Assembly: GCA_937864235.1 (NCBI GenBank)
Contig: CALMJI010000024.1
Location: 1 to 58,298 of the forward strand
DNA length: 58,298 bases
Direction: 5' to 3'
Source: an uncultured bacterium
Lineage (GTDB): Bacteria; Patescibacteriota; Minisyncoccia; SW-4-49-11
Part shown: in pieces, positions 39,396 to 46,873 of the stretch
Layout of the letters: each line of letters starts with the position of its first letter
Numbering within the stretch: position 1 is the stretch's first letter
Notes under the pieces: generated by a model
Database searches by the model: none
Seen by the model: the letters and a program-made list of their open reading frames with translations, nothing else
Told to the model about the DNA's origin: nothing
Translations under genes and position numbers: made by a program

Positions 39396-39421
39396 TTAGT
39401 GATAAATTATTAATAATTTTG

Positions 39422-39812
39422 TGGAGATGATGGGAATTGAACCCATGTATAGCTCAGTATCAGTATACAATTACTTAGAGAAATAGGAAATTGCTTGTGA
39501 GTGTAATATATGCTTAATTAATTTCCAAAGATAGCATATAGCAGAGCCACAAAAAAGTTTTGAATAATATACTTTGTGGGCGAATACTATTCTATCAACA
39601 TATATATGACACCAAAATTCTTTTATGTTGACTCAAAGATTTTGATGGCAGTTGCTAAATTAAATAATTAGGCTACTGCGTAACCGAACCCGCTATAGGA
39701 TCGGTTTGCAAAAGGTTTTGCATTTAGGTTTGTCTTGTCTTTGGTCTCGTGACTGACATACGAGTTCTCATTGTATATAGATGCAAATGAACTAGCAAAG
39801 CGAAACATCCCC
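39422..39812 (-). ncRNA. ssrA: tmRNA
   Basis: GGGGATG/CATCTCC acceptor with G3.U70, ATGGG-TTCAATT-CCCAT T arm, pk1 (CTCGT/ACGAG, TGTC/GACA), tag frame ending in two stops, adjacent smpB. Confidence 0.92.
39668..39721 (-). other. tmRNA tag reading frame AKPFANRSYSGFGYAVA*
   Basis: TAAAT-GCA resume context after pk1; hydrophobic YAVA end, TAA TAA. Confidence 0.8.
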
Positions 39813-39820
39813 GTTTAGAG

Positions 39821-40264
39821 TTATTTGATTCGCAGTATTCTCTGTATAGATCTTTGTTCTTCTCTACTTCGAATACTCTGGCGTTTATCAATCTTTTTCT
39901 TACCTTTTGCAAGGACAAGTTCTAGTTTGATAAGGCCATGACTTAAGTATAGCTTAATTGGTATAATTGTCAAGCCTGAAGCGGATTTTTTTGCAATCAA
40001 AGAATCTATTTCAGATCTTTTTAATAAAATTTTACGAGGACGATCAGTTTCATATTTAGTATCAATGTGATTTTGATAATGTGGAATATTACAATTTATC
40101 AAAAATAATTCATTTTCCCTAATTGTAATATAGGCCCCTTTGAGGCTAGCTCTACCTAATTTTACAGATTTGACCTCATTACCTATTAGTTGAATCCCAG
40201 CTTGATATGTATCAATTATAGTATAATCAAAACTAGCTCGTATATTATTGGTAAGTATTTTCAT
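39821..40264 (-). CDS. smpB: SsrA-binding protein
   Basis: A.FDY.I..TYQAGI.L.G.EVKS, R.RKILL...EI, KGKK..DKR; ATG at 40264. Confidence 0.95.
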   Translation of the reverse strand: MKILTNNIRASFDYTIIDTYQAGIQLIGNEVKSVKLGRASLKGAYITIRENELFLINCNIPHYQNHIDTKYETDRPRKILLKRSEIDSLIAKKSASGLTIIPIKLYLSHGLIKLELVLAKGKKKIDKRQSIRSREEQRSIQRILRIK

Positions 40265-40352
40265 AGCTTTATATATAAGATATATCATTATAGCATAAAT
40301 ATAGATTAATATGCTATAATGGTATTAAGAATATAAATTTATCAATTCAGAT

Positions 40353-41450
40353 ATGAGGTTATTCATTAATGGATATTTTTTGGCAAAACCCAAAACTGGT
40401 ATGGGACAATATCTATTGCAGATTTTATTGCATCAAAAATGGCCATTAGAGATTGTAATTTTAATTCCAGAATATCTTAGAGATGATACTAAAAATTTAG
40501 ATAAATCTATTAGAAAAAATATAAAATATATCCCAATCTGGTATCATAGAAATGATTTGATGGCTCAGATGATTTGGGAGAAATATATCTTTCCACGAGA
40601 AGTAAAAACTCAGAAGGCAGATATTGTCTGGAGTCCCCATCCTACAATTTCATATATTCCGAATATATATCATATTATGACGGTGCATGATGTAATATAT
40701 TGGAAATTCCCAGAATATATCCCTAATTGGAAGGTAAGATTATATGTTAAGTTATTAGAAAAATCTATTACTAGGGTTAGTCAAGTTATTACTATATCTA
40801 AATTCTCTGCTAAGGAAATAGAAGCTGTTTTTGGTGTACCGTCTCAAGATATTCCAATTATTACACCAGCCTCTCCTAGATTTAATACTAATAAAATTAA
40901 CCCAATCACAAATGGAAAATATATTTTTTATGAAGGTGGATTGGATATTAGAAAAAATGTTCCAAAATTAATTGAGGCCTTTAGTCTAATTGATAATAAA
41001 TATCCTGAATTGACACTGTATATTGCTGGTAATTATTTCAAAAGCCATCTTATCCCCGATATACCAGCTTTGATTGGTAAATATAATTTGCAAGATAAAG
41101 TCAAGTTAATAGGCTATATATCAGATGAAGATATGATTAGATATATCAAATATGCTGAGGCTTTAGTATACCCCTCATTGTATGAAGGTTTTGGTATACC
41201 AATTCTAGAAGGTTTTGGTTTAGGAACTCCAGTTATTACTTCTAACATAGGTGCAATGAAGGAGATTGGGGCAGAAGCTGTAGTAGCAATTAATCCGAAT
41301 TCAGCCAAATCAATAGCTAAAGGTATGGAGAATGTTCTAAATGATGATTTATTAAGACAATCTATTGTTCATAAAGGTTTGGAGAGATTACAAGATTTTG
41401 ATTGGGATAAAAGTGCCTTGCAATTAGAAGTATTATTCCATATCAAATAA
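40353..41450 (+). CDS. GT4 (GT-B) glycosyltransferase
   Basis: TGMGQY, MTVHDV, RKNV, YPSLYEGFGIPILEG. Confidence 0.9.
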   Translation: MRLFINGYFLAKPKTGMGQYLLQILLHQKWPLEIVILIPEYLRDDTKNLDKSIRKNIKYIPIWYHRNDLMAQMIWEKYIFPREVKTQKADIVWSPHPTISYIPNIYHIMTVHDVIYWKFPEYIPNWKVRLYVKLLEKSITRVSQVITISKFSAKEIEAVFGVPSQDIPIITPASPRFNTNKINPITNGKYIFYEGGLDIRKNVPKLIEAFSLIDNKYPELTLYIAGNYFKSHLIPDIPALIGKYNLQDKVKLIGYISDEDMIRYIKYAEALVYPSLYEGFGIPILEGFGLGTPVITSNIGAMKEIGAEAVVAINPNSAKSIAKGMENVLNDDLLRQSIVHKGLERLQDFDWDKSALQLEVLFHIK

Positions 41451-41527
41451 TATTGATAGTATAAATTTTCTTTTGACTTTTTTGGTAGAATAGGGTATAT
41501 TATAAGAAATTATTGAATAGTAATAAT

Positions 41528-42712
41528 ATGGCAAGAATTAATCCGGAAATAGAGACATTTGCAAAAATTAAGGTAGTGGGAGTTGGTGGAGCCGGTGGAA
41601 ATGCATTAAAGCGAATGATTGACTCAGATATTAAGGGAGTAGAATTCGTAGCTGTCAATACAGATGCTCAGGATTTACATCATTCTCAAGCAGAACACAA
41701 GGTACACTTGGGTAAAAATTTGACTCGTGGACTCGGGGCTGGTATGAATCCAGAAGTTGGTAGGAAGTCAGCTGAGGAAAGTAAAGAAGAGGTCTATCAA
41801 GCGGTAAATGGGTCTCATATGATATTCATTACTGCTGGTATGGGTGGAGGCACAGGTTCAGGAGCTTCTCCTGTAATTGCTCAGGCAGCTAAAGAAAGTG
41901 GTGCATTGACTGTGGCTGTCGTGACAAAGCCATTTATGTTCGAGGGAATTCAGCGAAAAAGAATAGCTGAGGCAGCTTTTGAGGAGCTAAAGAAAAATGT
42001 AGACACAATTATTACTATTCCAAACGATAAAATTCTAAATATCATTGATAGAAATACTCCGGTTCTTGAAGCTTTTTCTATGATTGATGATGTCCTGAGG
42101 CAAGGTGTACAGGGTATTTCTGATTTGATTACCACCCCGGGACTTGTTAATGTGGATTTTGCTGATGTAAGTGCTATTATGAAAAATGCGGGCTCAGCTC
42201 TTATGGGAATTGGAAGTGCTACAGGAGAGAATAGGGCAGTTACAGCAGCTAAAATTGCTATTAATAGTCCATTATTAGATATATCTATAAAAGGAGCAAA
42301 GGGAGTTTTGTTCAATGTTACTGGAGGTAAAGATTTATCAATGGCAGAGATTAATGATGCCGCTAATGTAATTATAGAATCTATTGATCCAGATGCACAG
42401 GTAATATTCGGAGCTGTAATAAATGACAAGATTACCGAAGGAGAAGTACAAGTCACAGTGATTGCAACTGGATTTGATGATAAAAATCCAAAACCCATTA
42501 GTAAAGAGATAGACAAAGACCCAGTACAAGAGCCAACCTTAGAAGAATTACAAAAGAGAGTTGATGAAGAAAAATCGAAAAGACAATCTGAAGAGGCAAG
42601 ACAGCAAGAAGTAGAATCCAAAAAGGATGAATTCATTAGGAATGTAGAATCAGATCCGGAAGATGCCTTTGAGTTACCAGCTTTTATAAGGAATAAATTA
42701 AATAAAAAGTAA
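41528..42712 (+). CDS. ftsZ: Cell division protein FtsZ
   Basis: GVGGAGGN, GGGTG, NVDFADV, C-terminal ELPAFIR; promoter TTGACT-N17-TATATT at 41473-41501. Confidence 0.98.
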   Translation: MARINPEIETFAKIKVVGVGGAGGNALKRMIDSDIKGVEFVAVNTDAQDLHHSQAEHKVHLGKNLTRGLGAGMNPEVGRKSAEESKEEVYQAVNGSHMIFITAGMGGGTGSGASPVIAQAAKESGALTVAVVTKPFMFEGIQRKRIAEAAFEELKKNVDTIITIPNDKILNIIDRNTPVLEAFSMIDDVLRQGVQGISDLITTPGLVNVDFADVSAIMKNAGSALMGIGSATGENRAVTAAKIAINSPLLDISIKGAKGVLFNVTGGKDLSMAEINDAANVIIESIDPDAQVIFGAVINDKITEGEVQVTVIATGFDDKNPKPISKEIDKDPVQEPTLEELQKRVDEEKSKRQSEEARQQEVESKKDEFIRNVESDPEDAFELPAFIRNKLNKK

Positions 42713-42723
42713 GTGTTCATTTT

Positions 42724-43263
42724 GTAGGGGAGGAGGTATACAATTACAAATTATAAATTTTGTCCACACCCACCCTATGTGCACCCTCGCCAGCGAGGGA
42801 TAATAATACTTGTCCTCCCTTGGGGGAGGTGTCACCATAGGTGACGGAGGAGGACTGAGATTTTTACTAAGACTTTTAGTCTCCCTTAGGAGTAAGTCCC
42901 CGAAATAGACTGAAAGTCTGGGAAAAGGGAATTAATCACCCTAATTAGGAAGGCAGCGAGGAGCTATAGCTCCGAGTGTCGGAAACCGAGGGTGTCCGAG
43001 ACGGGGTTTTAGGGGGATTAATGGAAATGTTTATTTTTCCCGTGGAGGAAGGTTGGCCAAACCTGTGAGGTTTCACAGGAGTAAATCCCATTTACGACGG
43101 ATGGGGTGGAGTATTCTGCAGCTTTAGTTTTCTGTGTCCTCCTTCGGAGGAGGTGCCCCGAAGGGGTGGAGGTGGATTGAGATAAAAACTAAATTCTATC
43201 CACCCCGCCCTACGGGCACCCCTCAAGAGGGGAATTTAAGGGACTGAAAGGTCTCGCCCCTAC
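42724..43263. repeat. Mosaic cluster of REP-like and mini-inverted-repeat elements
   Basis: Family units at about 42763-42800, 42811-42856, 43135-43178 and 43198-43236; terminal-inverted-repeat element 42931-43022; GTAG-type unit 43241-43263. Confidence 0.8.
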
Positions 43264-43338
43264 AATTCATAATTCATAATCACAATTTCCTCACATCTTG
43301 CCAAAATAGCTAAAATTATGTATAATATATACAAAATT

Positions 43339-43413
43339 GGCCACATCGTCTAGCCCGGTCTAGGACATCCCCCTCTCACGGGGAAAACAGGGGTTCGAAT
43401 CCCCTTGCGGCTA
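43339..43413 (+). tRNA. tRNA-Glu(CTC)
   Basis: GGCCACA/TGCGGCT acceptor (G1.U72, A5/C68 mismatch), TCCCC-CTCTCAC-GGGGA anticodon arm, AGGGG-TTCGAAT-CCCCT T arm; promoter TTGCCA-N17-TATAAT at 43298-43326. Confidence 0.92.
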
Positions 43414-43418
43414 CTGTT

Positions 43419-43582
43419 TTAATTTAGATGCAAAGAGAGATACAGTGTATCTCTCGTGGGGATGAGAAGGCCGGAGCTTGTGTGAGTTTGTGCGAAGCAC
43501 AAGGCGAACACCGCGAGGCGGGGTAGCGAGAATTTTCCGTCAGGAAAATTACTTGTGACCGAATCCCCTTGCGGCTACTGTT
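43419..43582. mobile_element. tRNA-3'-anchored mini element (att-like duplication)
   Basis: 23-bp direct repeat cgaatccccttgcggctactgtt at 43396-43418 and 43560-43582 around 141 bp of hairpin-rich non-coding DNA. Confidence 0.7.
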
Positions 43583-43601
43583 ACCACCCCCATTCTTAAT
43601 T

Positions 43602-44885
43602 TTATTTTGGTAATTTATCCCTTAGTTTCCTGTGATATGTTACTGCAAATCTATGAGCTTCGTCTCTGACTTGTTGTAAAATTTGTAAAGGTTTAGCACT
43701 TTTTGGTAATAAAATAGGCTTATCCCTATCTGGTATATAGATTTCTTCTAATCTTTTGGCTAGAGATATAATTGGAATAGACTTAAATTCAATATTACCT
43801 TTTTGCTGAACTTTTATTACTGTGGATAACTGACCTTTGCCTCCATCAATTAATATCAAATCTGGGATAGGCCAATCTTTTCTCTTGAATCTACGAGTCA
43901 GAGCTTGGTTTAAGTTATAAAAATCATCTCCACCTTCTGGAGGTAGTTGAATTCTGAATTTTCTATATTGGTCTTTAGCTGGTTTGGCATTTTCAAAAAC
44001 TACCATAGATACCACCGCCTTATCTCCATGAAAATGGGAGGAATCATAGCCTTCAATTCTTTTAGGTAGTTTATCTAATTTGAGTAAACTTTGTAATTCC
44101 TCTAGATATTTATGTTTGTAGCTTTTGCTAGTTTGAATTATACCCTTGTGCAGAGAGACTTTTTCTAATGCTTCAATCTGATGCTTGATTTCTAGAGCCT
44201 GTTCAAATTTTTGTAGCTTAGCATAACTTTGCATTTGAATATGTAGTTTTTTGAGTATACTTTTGGATTTTCCCTTCATAATATCTATGATGGTATTGAG
44301 ATTTTCTCTATAGCTGATTTTGTCTATATTCTTTATGCAAGGTGCATCACATTTGCCTAGTTTATAATAAATACAAGGTGTTTTTGGCATTGTTTTACAA
44401 GATCGGTAGGGGAAATGTCGTCTGAGAATTTTGAGAGTTTTCCTGAGAGATTCCCCACTTATAAATGGTCCTAAATATTCTAATTTATCGGGATTTTTGT
44501 CAATATAAGTTTTATGAGCAACAAAAATTCTAGGAAAATTTTCTTTAGTCCAGACTAGATAAGAATAGCTTTTATCATCTTTTAACAGTACATTGTATTT
44601 GGGATTATATTTTTTGATCAAATTTGATTCCAAAATCAAAGCCTCAATTTCACCATCACAGGGTTTGATTTCTATATTAACCACTTCTCTTACCATTGCT
44701 CTTTTGGCGGAGTTGAGAGAGTTATTAGCTCTAAAATAGCTACTTACTCTGTTTTTTAGGTTAACGGCCTTGCCAATATATATAATATCTCCATTAGAGT
44801 TCAAAAACATATATACCCCAGATATTGTTGGTATATCCTTGATTAGTAAAGATATATTATTTTGCTCCTCCAAAAAGTTATCCAC
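43602..44885 (-). CDS. uvrC: Excinuclease ABC subunit C (no C-terminal HhH)
   Basis: GVY...IYIGKA.NL..RV.SYF, P.YN..LKDDKSY, IEGYD.SH, LIDGGKGQL, RDEAHRFA. Confidence 0.93.
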   Translation of the reverse strand: MDNFLEEQNNISLLIKDIPTISGVYMFLNSNGDIIYIGKAVNLKNRVSSYFRANNSLNSAKRAMVREVVNIEIKPCDGEIEALILESNLIKKYNPKYNVLLKDDKSYSYLVWTKENFPRIFVAHKTYIDKNPDKLEYLGPFISGESLRKTLKILRRHFPYRSCKTMPKTPCIYYKLGKCDAPCIKNIDKISYRENLNTIIDIMKGKSKSILKKLHIQMQSYAKLQKFEQALEIKHQIEALEKVSLHKGIIQTSKSYKHKYLEELQSLLKLDKLPKRIEGYDSSHFHGDKAVVSMVVFENAKPAKDQYRKFRIQLPPEGGDDFYNLNQALTRRFKRKDWPIPDLILIDGGKGQLSTVIKVQQKGNIEFKSIPIISLAKRLEEIYIPDRDKPILLPKSAKPLQILQQVRDEAHRFAVTYHRKLRDKLPK

Positions 44886-44960
44886 TTATTTATAAAATTA
44901 TAATTATATGTTATAATAATATCATATACTAATATGAATACATATATTAAATAAATTTTT

Positions 44961-45437
44961 ATGGCTACAACATTAAAAAGGAGTTTATATAAATCAACAG
45001 AGTTCAGAGTATTTACTGGGGTCTCATCTGGTATTGCTGATTATATTAATACTAAGCATAATCTTATTCGGCTTTTATTCATATTATTAACCTTAGCCAG
45101 TGGAATGGGTTTAGTTCTTTATATAACTTTATCTATATTATTGCCAACAGAGGATGAAATTATAGAACAAGAGGATAGAGAATTTTATTATAATGTTACA
45201 CATGGTGGGTTAAAGGAAGAGGATATGATATCAGTTGCTCAATACTCTGATATGATAGATAAATTAGCTTCTAAACAAAATATAGTGGCTTTGATTATCA
45301 TATTTATAGGTATGTTTTTTTTACAATTTAGACTTACTCCATGGGAATTAATCCCAGAGGGATGGAGATATCCAGCTATTGTGATCACAATTGGACTAGG
45401 CTTCCTTTTGAAAAGTGTAACTCAAAAAAAATCATAA
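44961..45437 (+). CDS. PspC-domain membrane protein
   Basis: LYKS...RVFTGV.SGIADY.......IRL.F......G.G..LYI...ILLP; extra C-terminal TMs. Confidence 0.8.
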   Translation: MATTLKRSLYKSTEFRVFTGVSSGIADYINTKHNLIRLLFILLTLASGMGLVLYITLSILLPTEDEIIEQEDREFYYNVTHGGLKEEDMISVAQYSDMIDKLASKQNIVALIIIFIGMFFLQFRLTPWELIPEGWRYPAIVITIGLGFLLKSVTQKKS

Positions 45438-45446
45438 AATATTTAT

Positions 45447-46472
45447 ATGTATAATGTAATTATAGACAATAATTTAGAAGAAGAGTCATCCAAAAATCGT
45501 ATTATAAAGTTTAATTTTGGTAAAATATACTTATTTTTATTAATATTTAGCTTTGCCTTTATTTATTTTTACTCAGTTTATCAAGATGGATATTTAACTA
45601 TTTTAATCCCATACAGAGTTTTATGGTCAATAGCTATAATTGTGATAGGAATATCAATGTTGAGAATTAAGAATACAGGGGCATTTAGTCTGGCATTTTT
45701 TATTACAACTTTATCAGTAGGCATTACTATTACCTCAATCTTTGCATATTCATCTAATATACAAGATAATATTAATACAAGCATCATTCCAATTAACGAT
45801 GCTAAAGAGCTTGCTTTTGATATAAACTTTGCCTCTACTCAGGCTAAAATAAGTTCTGAGGAAAGCAATATATTCAAAGGTGATTTTAGCTCAAATTATG
45901 ATACTTTAATTTCTAGTAATTATATGAATGAAAATCAAGTAGAGAGTATCAAACTAGAACAAAATAGTATTCCACCTGGAATTGGAGCTTATACAAAAAG
46001 TGCCAATATGGTATTACCTACTAGTATTCCTACAGAATTAAAACTTAATTCAAATTTATCTAGCCTTGATATTAATTTTAACAATATAAAATTAAAGTCA
46101 GGATATATAAAACTTAATAATTCTGTATTTGATATGATTATTAAAGATATAAATTTAAATGAGGATGTGGTTTTGGATATAAGTTCTAATTTAAGTAGAT
46201 TAAATATTATAATTTCAAAGGATATTCCTATTATAATTTCCAATTCATCAAGTTTGAGCCAAACTGAGTTTATAGGAGTTAATAAGAGTGATGGGAGCTC
46301 TAATGTATATCAAACTTTAGTTCAAGAAAGTATTCCAGATCAGGCCTCTTTTTCTGATGAAATTGCTGAAGAAGACACTAGTATAGAACCAAAAAAAGAA
46401 ATTAAGGAAAGTAAAAAATTAATTATTAATCTTAAATCTACTTTATCAAGTATTAAAATAACACAAAAATAA
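45447..46472 (+). CDS. Membrane protein with Asn/Ser/Ile-rich beta-type C-terminal domain (LiaF/Toastrack-like candidate)
   Basis: Three N-terminal TMs, then repetitive beta-strand-like segments; follows the PspC gene. Confidence 0.5.
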   Translation: MYNVIIDNNLEEESSKNRIIKFNFGKIYLFLLIFSFAFIYFYSVYQDGYLTILIPYRVLWSIAIIVIGISMLRIKNTGAFSLAFFITTLSVGITITSIFAYSSNIQDNINTSIIPINDAKELAFDINFASTQAKISSEESNIFKGDFSSNYDTLISSNYMNENQVESIKLEQNSIPPGIGAYTKSANMVLPTSIPTELKLNSNLSSLDINFNNIKLKSGYIKLNNSVFDMIIKDINLNEDVVLDISSNLSRLNIIISKDIPIIISNSSSLSQTEFIGVNKSDGSSNVYQTLVQESIPDQASFSDEIAEEDTSIEPKKEIKESKKLIINLKSTLSSIKITQK

Positions 46473-46473
46473 T

Positions 46474-46869
46474 ATGATTATTGAGACAGCTGAATATAAT
46501 GTAAAGCTAATCACAATTTTTATTAAATGGTATTTTTTTGAGATGCCTATAAAAATTATAAAACAACTATATAAATATCTTATAGTTATTACTAAAATAT
46601 ACTCATTTATATTTTTATTAAAAACTTTTTTTTCTCCTTGGAAAAATCAATCTTATGCATATCCGGACAAGGGATTTGATATCAATAAGATATTAGAGGT
46701 TTGGACATCTAATATGGTGGCTAGGGTAGTAGGAGCTTTTGTTAGATTTTTTACTATTTTGACTGGTATAGTTGTCTTGCTAATAGTAATAGCTTTAGGT
46801 TTATTAATTTTATTTTTATGGCTTACTTATCCCGTATTGTTTTTTATATTAATTATCCCTAGTTTTTAA
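46474..46869 (+). CDS. Small membrane protein coupled to the Clp-like ATPase gene
   Basis: KTFFSPWK and N.VARVVGAFVR motifs, C-terminal TMs; 4 nt before the ATPase gene. Confidence 0.65.
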   Translation: MIIETAEYNVKLITIFIKWYFFEMPIKIIKQLYKYLIVITKIYSFIFLLKTFFSPWKNQSYAYPDKGFDINKILEVWTSNMVARVVGAFVRFFTILTGIVVLLIVIALGLLILFLWLTYPVLFFILIIPSF

Positions 46870-46873
46870 TAAT

